This document shows positions 20,670 through 30,258 of a stretch of 64,000 nt of DNA, piece after piece. How positions within the stretch are numbered: the stretch's first letter is position 1; every line of letters starts with the position of its first letter. The translations under genes and the position numbers were made by a program. Source of the stretch: Chitinophagaceae bacterium (GTDB lineage: Bacteria > Bacteroidota > Bacteroidia > Chitinophagales > Chitinophagaceae); assembly GCA_023957575.1 (NCBI GenBank), contig JAMLGU010000013.1, positions 3,053-67,052 of the forward strand, read 5' to 3'. A model generated the notes under the pieces. That model was given only the letters and a program-made list of their open reading frames with translations, was not told where the DNA came from and did no database searches.

Positions 20670-21278
20670 TTATTTTTTACCGAAAAATCTGACAACCGAA
20701 GCTAATCCTTTATGGAAACTGCCTTCGTTCAGTTCGGTCATTTTCTCCTCCAAAATTAAGGATTGGAAATCAGGGAAGAAATTTTTTATTTCGTCCACAT
20801 CATAGAGCATTGCAATATTATCAGGCCCGCCAACCGAGGGGTTTTGCCTTTTTAATTCCAGATTGTTTTTGCTGAAACCTTCAAAAATAATTACTCCACC
20901 GGGCTTGAGGGCAGCAAATAGTTTTTGGAAGAAGAATATTCTCATATCGGGCGCTGGGTGCACAAATACCAAACCGATAGCATCGTAATAATCGACCGGG
21001 TAGTGATAGGTTGTGAACTTATCAATCGTGTAATGAACAGTTACATTATGCCTGGCGGCCAACTGCATTGCTTTTTCCCTGCCTGCTTCTGCAAAGTCAA
21101 ACGCATCTGCGTGCCAGCCAAGCGATGCGGCAAATACTGCATTACGGCCTTCGCCTTCGGCCGGAAATAATATTTTGCCCGGTTTCAGCTTTTGTAATGT
21201 TTCTTTCAAAAACTCATTAGGGAGTTGACCATAGCTATATTCTTCACGGCTATACCTGTCGTTCCAGAATTCTTTCAT
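20670..21278 (-). CDS. Class I SAM-dependent methyltransferase
   Basis: FWNDRY, PNEFL, LFPAEGEGRNAVF, LKPGG motifs. Confidence 0.88.
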   Translation of the reverse strand: MKEFWNDRYSREEYSYGQLPNEFLKETLQKLKPGKILFPAEGEGRNAVFAASLGWHADAFDFAEAGREKAMQLAARHNVTVHYTIDKFTTYHYPVDYYDAIGLVFVHPAPDMRIFFFQKLFAALKPGGVIIFEGFSKNNLELKRQNPSVGGPDNIAMLYDVDEIKNFFPDFQSLILEEKMTELNEGSFHKGLASVVRFFGKK

Positions 21279-21281
21279 CGT

Positions 21282-22823
21282 TTATTTTATCATTAAATTA
21301 AAAGGATCTTTTTCAAACACATAAGTATCGAGATCCAAAAACTCGTTTACGCTGATTTCAACTCCGGTGGCTTTTCCGTTTGTAATTATAAATTTTGCGG
21401 GATAAATGCCATAACCCAAATTGGAATAGGTCATCCTGAACTCGTTATTGTCCATATAATCCATTGTTCCCTTAAGATTGGGATGATGCTGAAAACTACA
21501 AACAAGCTGTCCTTTATAGTTTTTCGAGATATTGATTTTACCGTAAACCGTATTATAATAATCGCCTGTGTAATCATCAAGACTGATGGGAGGACTGTTT
21601 CTTGCATTGATCCGGTCTTCCATTTTCTTCAGTTCTGTATTTTTCCTATTTTGGTTTTGGGTAAAAATGCTATACAAAAATTTACTTCTATCTATATATG
21701 GTACATCCAGATAAGCATCCAGTATCTGATAGCGGAGCGCTTCATAAAAACTTTGGTTGTCGTTGTTGGTCATGATGGTAATGCCCAGATTTTCTTCCGG
21801 AACAAAGCAGGTATTGGTAACAAAACCAAAGGCGCCGCCGGTATGCCAAAAAATCTGCCTGCCGTTGTAGTCTGCCGATAACACGCCCAATCCGTAGGTT
21901 CTGAAATGATTGGGGTAATATTGATTTTTGCGATTGCTCACGGTGATATTGGCATCGCGGGTCTTTTGAAGTACCGGCCAGGGCAACATCCGCCTGCCTT
22001 CAAAACGGCCGCTGTCCAATTGCATCATCAGCCATTTGGAAACGTCTTTTACATTGCTGACCATGCTGGTGGCCGGCGCCAGATTATCAACATTGTCAAA
22101 AGGAATGGAAGTAAGTGCAGAGAACAAATTGGTATGCGGCGAAGCTACGTTTTTTCTATCAACCATACCGGCGGTTTGCATATAGGTGTTATTCATGCCC
22201 AAGGGTTTCAGAATATTTTCTTCGGTATAAACCTCCCAGCTTTGGCCGGTTACTTTTTGCAGTACCTGACCGGCTACTAAGTAGCCCGAATTGCAATACC
22301 CGTAATCCTGCCTGAACAAGCCATTAGGTTTCAGGTAGCGCATCTTCCATACAATCGAGTCTTTGGGTAGATTGCTATCCCAAAATACAAAATCCCCCTG
22401 AAAAGTTTTGGTACCCAAACGGTGGGAGAGTACATCACGTACTGTAACCATTTGCGTAACAGCGCTGTCATAAAGCCGGAACCAGGGTAGGTGCCAGATT
22501 ATTTTATCGTTCAGCGATAATTTTTTTTCATAGTCCAGATTGGCAATGGTAGTGCCTGTAAACAATTTTGAGTTGGATGCGATAATAAACAAGGTGTTTT
22601 CGTCCACTTTATCTTTTTTATTTATATCTCTGATGCCAAAACCTTTCTGAAAAATCACCTTCCCGTCTTTAACAATGGATACCGCCAGTCCCGGTACCTG
22701 CCAAAGTTTCATGCCGCGTTCAATGTATTTTTCTAAACTGTCGGAGATAAAAACCGGAGTTTGAGCAAATGACAGGTTTGCTGCAAAAAGGATAGTGGAG
22801 GCTATTATAAAACGTTTAATCAT
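21282..22823 (-). CDS. Secreted serine hydrolase (beta-lactamase/PBP fold, DUF3471-like C-terminus)
   Basis: SxxK (ASNSK), YxN (YCN) and HTG motifs; signal peptide. Confidence 0.88.
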   Translation of the reverse strand: MIKRFIIASTILFAANLSFAQTPVFISDSLEKYIERGMKLWQVPGLAVSIVKDGKVIFQKGFGIRDINKKDKVDENTLFIIASNSKLFTGTTIANLDYEKKLSLNDKIIWHLPWFRLYDSAVTQMVTVRDVLSHRLGTKTFQGDFVFWDSNLPKDSIVWKMRYLKPNGLFRQDYGYCNSGYLVAGQVLQKVTGQSWEVYTEENILKPLGMNNTYMQTAGMVDRKNVASPHTNLFSALTSIPFDNVDNLAPATSMVSNVKDVSKWLMMQLDSGRFEGRRMLPWPVLQKTRDANITVSNRKNQYYPNHFRTYGLGVLSADYNGRQIFWHTGGAFGFVTNTCFVPEENLGITIMTNNDNQSFYEALRYQILDAYLDVPYIDRSKFLYSIFTQNQNRKNTELKKMEDRINARNSPPISLDDYTGDYYNTVYGKINISKNYKGQLVCSFQHHPNLKGTMDYMDNNEFRMTYSNLGYGIYPAKFIITNGKATGVEISVNEFLDLDTYVFEKDPFNLMIK

Positions 22824-22845
22824 GATTGTAACAAATTTGGAAATA

Positions 22846-23889
22846 TTATTTTACTTTTTTGGCGAATTCATCTGCCAGCCGGTTCATTTCTTCAGTGGAT
22901 AAATCATCAGTGGATACCACTACTCTGTACATAAATCTCTGAGAGGTTTTGGGTGGAAGTGTGAAATTGAGTTCTTCTTTTCCGTTGCTGAACACTTTTC
23001 TGCCCAGAGGATTCAGGGCAAAAAGCCCGTAACCCCTTGCATGCCAATAGGTTGGATATCCGATATTGGACGGATGGTCAAACATTGCCAGGCTGATATT
23101 TTTATGATCTTTCCGGCCTTTCAGCACTACCCATTTTGCAGTTTTGGCCCACACATCATCACCGGTTTCGCCTTCACTGTTGTAATACATTCCCGATACT
23201 TTTTTGTCAGGTGTTGGGTCTATTTCTGTTTTATTGCCATGAATGTCGGTAAAAATCAATGGTTCTTTTGAAGGCATTTCAAGCTCACGTGCTACTCGGA
23301 TAGCAAAAAATCCATCCTTTACATCTTTAAATACAACTTCTTTATCTAAAGAACTGAGGTAAGATGTACGGGTAATAAAAAATTTATTTTTCATTACACT
23401 AAAGTCATAAATGGTTTTTTCAGAAAGGAATTGTTCTCCATTATTATTCATCCATTTGGCTGTCACCGTGAGGCTGGCTGAGTTTTTGGATGCCTTTTTT
23501 GAACTGATTCCGGTGTGAATGATAGTTCCGTATTTAGACTTTTTTTCAGCCGGAATGGCAGTAGAGTTATTCCAGAAATCAATACCATTTACCGATTCAT
23601 AATTCATCCAGATACCAATATGATGCGGATGGTCGGTTCTTTCGCCCAAAACAGACTTCAGGGGAAAACCACGGGTAACAGTGATGCCTTCCAGCGTATT
23701 GACAGGCCATAATACAGCCTTACTCACCGAGTCGGGGTAGATGTAGGAGGTAAGTAGTTTTTTGTTAAATAAAATATCTACTTTTTTCTCCATCGGTTTT
23801 TCTAATATTTGAAAACCTGTTGCTTTCTGTGCAAATGAAAAATTTGTATTTAATAATACTATAAAAAACAGAAATTTAAATTGATTCAT
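22846..23889 (-). CDS. PmoA-like/DUF6807 family secreted protein
   Basis: DHPHHIGIW, KDGFFAIRVA, HPSN..YPTYWHARGYGLFA.NP motifs. Confidence 0.75.
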   Translation of the reverse strand: MNQFKFLFFIVLLNTNFSFAQKATGFQILEKPMEKKVDILFNKKLLTSYIYPDSVSKAVLWPVNTLEGITVTRGFPLKSVLGERTDHPHHIGIWMNYESVNGIDFWNNSTAIPAEKKSKYGTIIHTGISSKKASKNSASLTVTAKWMNNNGEQFLSEKTIYDFSVMKNKFFITRTSYLSSLDKEVVFKDVKDGFFAIRVARELEMPSKEPLIFTDIHGNKTEIDPTPDKKVSGMYYNSEGETGDDVWAKTAKWVVLKGRKDHKNISLAMFDHPSNIGYPTYWHARGYGLFALNPLGRKVFSNGKEELNFTLPPKTSQRFMYRVVVSTDDLSTEEMNRLADEFAKKVK

Positions 23890-23926
23890 AATGGCAGATT
23901 TTAATCACATCAATTGTTCAAAAATA

Positions 23927-23956
23927 CAAAAACGGGAGCCATAATGACTCCCGTTT
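23927..23956 (-). terminator. Intrinsic terminator after secDF
   Basis: Minus strand aaacgggagtc-attat-ggctcccgttttt. Confidence 0.7.
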
Positions 23957-23980
23957 GATATAGATATTTTTGGTTAATTC

Positions 23981-26900
23981 TTATTTTTTCTCTTTTTGTA
24001 CCTTAGGTGCGTGAATATCAATGTATTCTTTTGATTTTCTGATACCACCCTTCAGGTCCACAAGAACCGGTGCCGCCACGAAAATACTGGAGTAAATACC
24101 TGTAACCACACCAATCAGCATGGCGAAGGCAAAGCCTTTGGTTACTTCTCCCCCAAAAATGAAGAGGATTAATACTGTAAGGAATACGGTCAATGAGGTC
24201 ATAACCGTTCTGCTCAGTGTTTCGTTAATCGCCTTATTAATTAAGGCATTTTGATCCATATTGGGATATAATCTGCCGTCTTCCCTGATTCTGTCGAAGA
24301 TTACCACGGTATCGTTCATCGAGAAACCGAGTATGGTAAGAATAGCCGCAATAAAATGCTGGTCTATTTCCAGAGGGAATGGTACGATTTTTCGGAAGAA
24401 TGAAAATACCACCAACATCAATAAGGCATCGTGCAGCAGTGAGAAAATGGTACCCAATGAGTATCTCCAGTCGCGGAAACGCAGGAAGATATAAATGAAT
24501 ATCGCTAAAATTGCCAGTAATGTAGCTTTTACAGCGCCCTTTTTAAGGTCATCCGAAATGGTAGGAAGTACCTTTTTAGAGCCTTTTTTGTAATCATTAT
24601 CAAATTTCTCGAAAGTAACATCAGCAGGTAAATGATTTTTCAATCCCTGATATAATTTTACCAATACCAATGAGTCGGCCACATCGGCATTAGGGTCTTT
24701 GATAAGGTAGGAGGTGGTAATATCTAATTCACTGGCGTCTCCCACTGTTTTAATGGTGGGGCTTTCACCCTGGAACACATTTTTAAGGTCATCTCTTACC
24801 TTTTCTACATCCACTTTTTTGTTGAATTCGATTCTGTAGCTACGTCCGCCATCAAACTCTACACCATAATCAAAGCCATAGAAAATAGTTCCGATTGCCA
24901 AAAGAATTATTGCTGCTGAAATAAAATAAGCTGTTCTTCTAAATTCAATAAATTTAAAGTGAGACCTTTGAACGATGGTATTACTTATTTTACTAAAGTA
25001 TTTCAGATGATGGTTTTTATCAGTAAACCAGTCAGTTACCCAACGACTCACTAAGATACCACAGAATAAAGAGAGCAGAAGACCCAGAATCTGTGTAGTA
25101 GCAAAGCCTTTTACAGGTCCTAATCCGAAATAATAAAGAATAATCGCCGTTATTAAGGTAGTAATGTGTCCGTCAAGTACAGGAGGCAATGAACGGTGAT
25201 AACCATCGTTAATCGCTGCCACATATCCTTTACCCTTTCTGAGCTCTTCCTTGATACGTTCATAGATAAGTACGTTGGAGTCAACCGCCATACCAATGGT
25301 CAATACTAAGCCGGCAATACCGGGTGCCGTTAAGGATGCGCCTAATCCGGCAAGGATGCCAACTGTAAATAACAGGTTGAGTAACAATGCGATGTTGGCA
25401 ATCCATCCACTGGTGTTATAATAAATCAACATCAGTGTAAAGATTACTATAAATGATAGCAGGAATGACAGCATACCGCCTTTGATAGCTGCTTCGCCGA
25501 GTGTTGGCCCCACAGTTTGCTCCTGAACGATTTTTGCAGGGGCAGGCAGTTTACCTATTTTCAGAATATTGGCAAGGTCGGTAGCTTCCTGTTGGTCGAA
25601 TCCACCGGAGATGCTTGAGTTCCCACCGGTAATGGGTTCATTTACATTTGGAGCCGAATATACGGTATTGTCAACTACAATGGCAATGGCGCGGCCTTTG
25701 TTGGCAGTCGTCATATCGGCCCATATTTTAGCTCCGGTAGCGTTCATTTCTAAAGAAACTGCAATTTTTCCGGTTTGGTCATAGTCTGCACGGGCATTTG
25801 TTACTGTTTCTCCCTCAAGTTTGGCATTTTCACGACCAAAAGTTTTAATGGCGTACAAACCTACATAGGGAGATTTTTTTTCGGGGATACCATACATCCA
25901 TACCAGATCGGCAGGAAATTGGTTTTTAATATGTTCCGATTGTAAGATTTTACTGATTTCGGATGTGTCTTTTATTAAAACCTGACCGATTCTGCCGATA
26001 TCCATCAGGCGGCCCTGCTGGTCGGCAGAGAAGCCGATCCAACCGTACAAATGTTTTTTAGCTTCCTGCTCCTGACTGGTTGCTGTTTGGGCAGTCGCTT
26101 TTTGTTCTGCTTTTTCTTCTCCTGCAATGCTTTTCAATTGGTCTTGCAGATTTTTCGAAGTATCATTCTTGGCAGTAGCTTTTGTTGAATCGCTTGCAGT
26201 AGTGGTGGTAGCCGATGCCTCTGATTGTTTTGCTGTATCCTGAGCTACTTTTCCTCCATGCTGGGCAAAGAAAATTTCATCAGCCTTCTGAATGTTTTGC
26301 CAGATTTCGGAAATATTATACACTTCCCAAAATTGCAGGTTGGCCGATGCCTGTAAGTTTTTTCTTACTCTTTCTTTATCCTGCACACCTGGTAGCTCCA
26401 CAGTAATTATCTGCTTTTCAGCATCGGCATTTATGCTGGGTTGAGCCACACCAAATTTGTCAATACGGGTAGTAATCAATCGGGCAGTGTTGTCAAATGC
26501 ATCTTTTGCCTGTTTTTCAAGGAAGGAAATCACCTTGCTGTCGCTGTCTGTAACTTTCAGGTCTTCACGATTTGCAGTCGCAAACAGAGAAGCTAACGGA
26601 GTGTTGGGTGATAATTTTTTAAATTCTTCAGCAAATAATCTGATAAAATTGGCATCGCTGTTTGCCTTTCGCTGGTTGGCATTTGCAAGCGCTTTTAAAA
26701 AGTTGGGGTCTTTTGTATTATTTGCAAGTGTTTTAAGCAATCCTGCCATTTCCACTTCCATCGTAACGTTCATACCACCCTGAAGGTCAAGACCTAAGCT
26801 CAACTCTTCTTCTTTAGCTTTTTGATAACTGATTCCTCCGGTAATACCATAGGTGATAATATCATCCTTGGTACTATCCTGAAGTCTGTTCATTCTGTCG

Positions 26901-27118
26901 CGATAAATAGAATCCAGTTTTATTTGGTATAGCTCCTGAGAATCCTTGTTTGAAGGATATTTCTGGTTGGCAGTGCCAAAATTTTGATTGACAAAATTGT
27001 GAGCTACCTTTTCTAATTTCTTTTCGTGGTTGCGAACAAACCAGGTAAAGGAAAGCTGGTAAACTGAGTAAATGATAAGCAAGATTGTAAAGAATCTAAC
27101 CAGGCCTTTTAGTTGCAT
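23981..27118 (-). CDS. secDF: Protein translocase subunit SecDF (fused)
   Basis: LGLDLQGG, RIDKFGV, IGMAVDSNVLIYERIKEEL, GFSMNDTVVIFDRIRE. Confidence 0.97.
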   Translation of the reverse strand: MQLKGLVRFFTILLIIYSVYQLSFTWFVRNHEKKLEKVAHNFVNQNFGTANQKYPSNKDSQELYQIKLDSIYRDRMNRLQDSTKDDIITYGITGGISYQKAKEEELSLGLDLQGGMNVTMEVEMAGLLKTLANNTKDPNFLKALANANQRKANSDANFIRLFAEEFKKLSPNTPLASLFATANREDLKVTDSDSKVISFLEKQAKDAFDNTARLITTRIDKFGVAQPSINADAEKQIITVELPGVQDKERVRKNLQASANLQFWEVYNISEIWQNIQKADEIFFAQHGGKVAQDTAKQSEASATTTTASDSTKATAKNDTSKNLQDQLKSIAGEEKAEQKATAQTATSQEQEAKKHLYGWIGFSADQQGRLMDIGRIGQVLIKDTSEISKILQSEHIKNQFPADLVWMYGIPEKKSPYVGLYAIKTFGRENAKLEGETVTNARADYDQTGKIAVSLEMNATGAKIWADMTTANKGRAIAIVVDNTVYSAPNVNEPITGGNSSISGGFDQQEATDLANILKIGKLPAPAKIVQEQTVGPTLGEAAIKGGMLSFLLSFIVIFTLMLIYYNTSGWIANIALLLNLLFTVGILAGLGASLTAPGIAGLVLTIGMAVDSNVLIYERIKEELRKGKGYVAAINDGYHRSLPPVLDGHITTLITAIILYYFGLGPVKGFATTQILGLLLSLFCGILVSRWVTDWFTDKNHHLKYFSKISNTIVQRSHFKFIEFRRTAYFISAAIILLAIGTIFYGFDYGVEFDGGRSYRIEFNKKVDVEKVRDDLKNVFQGESPTIKTVGDASELDITTSYLIKDPNADVADSLVLVKLYQGLKNHLPADVTFEKFDNDYKKGSKKVLPTISDDLKKGAVKATLLAILAIFIYIFLRFRDWRYSLGTIFSLLHDALLMLVVFSFFRKIVPFPLEIDQHFIAAILTILGFSMNDTVVIFDRIREDGRLYPNMDQNALINKAINETLSRTVMTSLTVFLTVLILFIFGGEVTKGFAFAMLIGVVTGIYSSIFVAAPVLVDLKGGIRKSKEYIDIHAPKVQKEKK

Positions 27119-27168
27119 AAATCAATTATTAATTAATTCTTAGAATTTCCCAAAATTTTTAAAGGCTG

Positions 27169-27176
27169 CAAAGATA
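27169..27176 (-). promoter_or_regulatory. -7 promoter element of secDF
   Basis: TATCTTTG(C) on the minus strand, ~50 nt upstream of the start. Confidence 0.5.
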
Positions 27177-27439
27177 AGGTATTCAATACATATATTTAAT
27201 GAGTTTTAGTCTTAAAAAAGGCCATAAATTAATAAAATTGAGAAAAATCAAATTTAATAACGACATTGAGAGATAACTATTTTCAAAACATGCATCATTT
27301 TTCTACATTCATGCGAGAGGAGGCATGGCGTGAGGCGAAAACTTCTAATTTTTAAAAATACTACCCAGATATTAGTCGGAAAATGCTGTTTTCTGATTAA
27401 AAACAGGTGAAATGGTTTAATTTATCACATGCCTTTCTT

Positions 27440-27447
27440 TACATTTG
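27440..27447 (+). promoter_or_regulatory. -7 promoter element of aspC
   Basis: TACATTTG(C), 34 nt upstream of the start. Confidence 0.5.
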
Positions 27448-27481
27448 CGACAATTCGTTTTTAACTTAAATTATATTTATT

Positions 27482-28675
27482 ATGTCCTTATCTACTTTAT
27501 TACAGCGTTTTGCAGAACCGGAAACTTTAAAAATGGCAAAATTGGGCCGCGAACTCAGAGCAAAAGGTATTGATGTGATTGACCTGAGCCTTGGAGAACC
27601 CGATTTTGACACCCCTGAACACATTAAGCAGGCTGCAATAAAGGCTGTCAACGACAACTGGAGCCATTATACGCCCGTACCCGGCTATTTAGAACTGCGA
27701 GAAGCCGTTTGTACCAAACTAAAAAGAGATAATAATCTGGATTACAAACCGGAGCATATTGTGGTTTCAACCGGGGCAAAACAAAGCCTTGCCAATACTA
27801 TTCTGGCGCTTGTGGACGATGATGATGAGGTAATCATTCCTACTCCTTACTGGGTAACTTATTCGGAATTAGTGAAAATTGCACGCGGAAAGGTAGTAGA
27901 GGTTCGCTCCAAAGTAGAAGACGGGTTTAAAATTAATGCAGCCCAGTTGGAGGCTGCCATTACCCCAAAAACGAAAGCTTTTCTGTTTTCATCACCCTGT
28001 AATCCTTCGGGCGCTGTTTACAGCAGGGAGGAACTGGCAGCCTTGGTAGAAGTATTTAAAAAACATCCTCAGATATTTATTATTGCCGATGAGATATACG
28101 AATATATTAATTATGTGGGTAGTCATCAAAGCATTGCACAGTTTGACGAGATTAAAGACCGTGTGGTAGTCATAAACGGATTGAGTAAAGGTTATGCCAT
28201 GACAGGATGGCGTATTGGCTATACCGCCTCAGTAGCAGATATATCTAAAGGAATGGAAAAATTGCAGGGTCAGTTTACCAGTGCTACCTGTTCCATAGCC
28301 CAAAGAGCTGCCATTACCGCCTTAACTGCCGACAATGCTCCTTCTATGGAAATGACAAAAGAATTTGCGCGGCGTAGGCAGCGTGTGATGGAACTGCTGA
28401 AAGACGTACCCGGAATCAGTTGTACCGAGCCTGAAGGCGCTTTTTATGTGTTTCCTGATATGAGTTCATACTATGGAAAGACCGATGAGGAAGGAAATAT
28501 AATCAAAGATTCGGCTGATTTGTGTATGTATATCCTTAATACAGCCCATGTATCTTCTGTAATGGGAGCCGCCTTTGGCGAGCCAAATTGTGTACGTTTT
28601 TCTTATGCCAACAGTTTAGAAAATATTGAAAAAGCCTGGGCAAGAATTAAAGAAGCGCTTGCCAAGCTGAAATAG
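27482..28675 (+). CDS. aspC: Class I PLP-dependent aminotransferase (aspartate aminotransferase type)
   Basis: LSLGEPDF, GAKQS, SPCNPSG, DEIY, NGLSKGYAMTGWRIGY. Confidence 0.9.
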   Translation: MSLSTLLQRFAEPETLKMAKLGRELRAKGIDVIDLSLGEPDFDTPEHIKQAAIKAVNDNWSHYTPVPGYLELREAVCTKLKRDNNLDYKPEHIVVSTGAKQSLANTILALVDDDDEVIIPTPYWVTYSELVKIARGKVVEVRSKVEDGFKINAAQLEAAITPKTKAFLFSSPCNPSGAVYSREELAALVEVFKKHPQIFIIADEIYEYINYVGSHQSIAQFDEIKDRVVVINGLSKGYAMTGWRIGYTASVADISKGMEKLQGQFTSATCSIAQRAAITALTADNAPSMEMTKEFARRRQRVMELLKDVPGISCTEPEGAFYVFPDMSSYYGKTDEEGNIIKDSADLCMYILNTAHVSSVMGAAFGEPNCVRFSYANSLENIEKAWARIKEALAKLK

Positions 28676-28819
28676 TTGTTTTTTACTGTTTTAAAGGCAG
28701 TTCTTAATTAAACCGTCATTCTGTAAACTGTAAAGAATAACTTATTTAAATATTGGTGAATCTTTCAGTTATCGGGATGGCGGTTCTATTTTTCTAAAAA
28801 TTTAAATAACTTATTCTGA

Positions 28820-29344
28820 ATGATTTTTTCAGACCCTCATATTTCATTAGCAGTGTTAAATGACGTAGCAGCAATTACGGCCTTGCTCAACAGTGCTTAC
28901 CGTGGTGAAGCATCGAAAAGCGGATGGACAACCGAAGCACACCTGATAGCAGGCGATACCAGAACCAACGAAGAAGAGGTTAGTGACCTTATACGCCAAC
29001 CGGACACAGTATTTTTAAAATATACAGAGAAGGAAATAGTGGGCTGCGTTAACCTTCAGAAACATGGCGAAAGGGTGTATCTTGGAATGTTGAGTGTAAA
29101 ACCTCAGATTCAGGGTGGTGGCATAGGCAAAAAATTGTTGCATGCATCAGAACAATTTGCCATACAAAATAGTTGTAATACTGTATATATGACCGTGATA
29201 TCGGTCAGAAATGAATTAATAAACTGGTACAAACGGCATGGTTATTCAGATACAGGTGAACGAAAACCTTTCGAAGAAGATGAGTTGAGCGGCAGGCATC
29301 TGCAAGAACTTGAATTTGCCGTTTTACAAAAAAAATTATATTGA
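28820..29344 (+). CDS. GNAT N-acetyltransferase
   Basis: LSVKP..QGGGIGKKLL acetyl-CoA motif, WYKRHGY. Confidence 0.88.
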   Translation: MIFSDPHISLAVLNDVAAITALLNSAYRGEASKSGWTTEAHLIAGDTRTNEEEVSDLIRQPDTVFLKYTEKEIVGCVNLQKHGERVYLGMLSVKPQIQGGGIGKKLLHASEQFAIQNSCNTVYMTVISVRNELINWYKRHGYSDTGERKPFEEDELSGRHLQELEFAVLQKKLY

Positions 29345-29345
29345 T

Positions 29346-29594
29346 ATGGACGAAAGATGCACTTTAAATACCGGCCAGAGTTTTGTAAATGAGCTGAAAA
29401 AACTTTATGAAAACAAAGAGCAGGCCCGGTTGATGATTGATGATAATGGGCTTGGCAGGGCAGAGGGTTTTATAAAAGAAATTACCGAAAACGGGACCTC
29501 GGGATTTATTACTCTTGATAACGGTGAAAAGATAGATATTGCAAAAATTATTGCCGTAAACGGTTTGTTTACAACAGACTATACCTGTTGCTGA
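29346..29594 (+). CDS. Small hypothetical protein (82 aa)
   Basis: ATG 1 nt after the GNAT stop, implying coupling; ends in DYTCC. Confidence 0.7.
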   Translation: MDERCTLNTGQSFVNELKKLYENKEQARLMIDDNGLGRAEGFIKEITENGTSGFITLDNGEKIDIAKIIAVNGLFTTDYTCC

Positions 29595-30112
29595 TAGCAC
29601 TAAATTACCGGTAACATTTTCTGCCTTTTTTTGCTGCTTTTTTATAATTACAAGAAAAATACCTGCCTGAATCTTTTTGGGCAGCTTAAACTCTGAATAT
29701 CAAACAGGTATTTTCTCTTATTAAATAATGTCAGAAGCTTAGGTTCTGGTAAAATTTGAATTAGCAGGTAATTTCTACAGAGCTGATAATAATTTTATCT
29801 TTTGTGTCTCCAAAATACAATCTCAGAGGTAATAAAGTTGCATTTGTAAGGTGAACTGAACATTTAGTAGTAGCGTACGCAGTTTTAGATAAAAAATCTT
29901 TATTGGCTCATTTGCTTTTTTTTACTGATAACAGATTAGGAAAGAATAATCAAAAAGACCGTCTGCCTTATTTTGCCAACAAATTGATTGTCAATTAATT
30001 GTTATATTATTAAAATCACTTTGTCATTTAATTTGCGGACTGTTCGTAAGTACCTTTCATAATTGGCCGGTATTGCTAAATGAAAAAAGATTGGTTTCGA
30101 TTTGTACTGACT

Positions 30113-30253
30113 TTAATGCCAAAGCATATTATTAGTATTCATCATTTCCATCAGCAAGGTAACAATCGTATAAATACTAAAACAAATAACAATACAAGCT
30201 GTTAAAATTACTATTGCCCACAGCATAGGATAAAATGTTTCTATAAAAGCCAT
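30113..30253 (-). CDS. Putative small membrane protein (46 aa), below the ORF-track cutoff
   Basis: MAFIETFYPMLWAIVILTACIVICFSIYTIVTLLMEMMNTNNMLWH*; starts 5 nt after the peptidase stop; one hydrophobic helix. Confidence 0.45.
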   Translation of the reverse strand: MAFIETFYPMLWAIVILTACIVICFSIYTIVTLLMEMMNTNNMLWH

Positions 30254-30258
30254 GGTAT

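Noticed and set aside
26040-26270. Ala/Thr/Gln-rich low-complexity stretch in SecDF
   Set aside because: Read as a flexible periplasmic linker, as I recall is usual in Bacteroidota SecDF; no DNA repeat
28709-28785. Long-loop inverted repeat aaccgtcatt/gatggcggtt between aspC and the GNAT gene
   Set aside because: Degenerate single copy; cannot separate a REP remnant from chance
29652-29719. Branched hairpin (aaaatacctg/caggtatttt) considered as a riboswitch or attenuator
   Set aside because: Lies between convergent genes with no downstream gene to control; most simply a terminator
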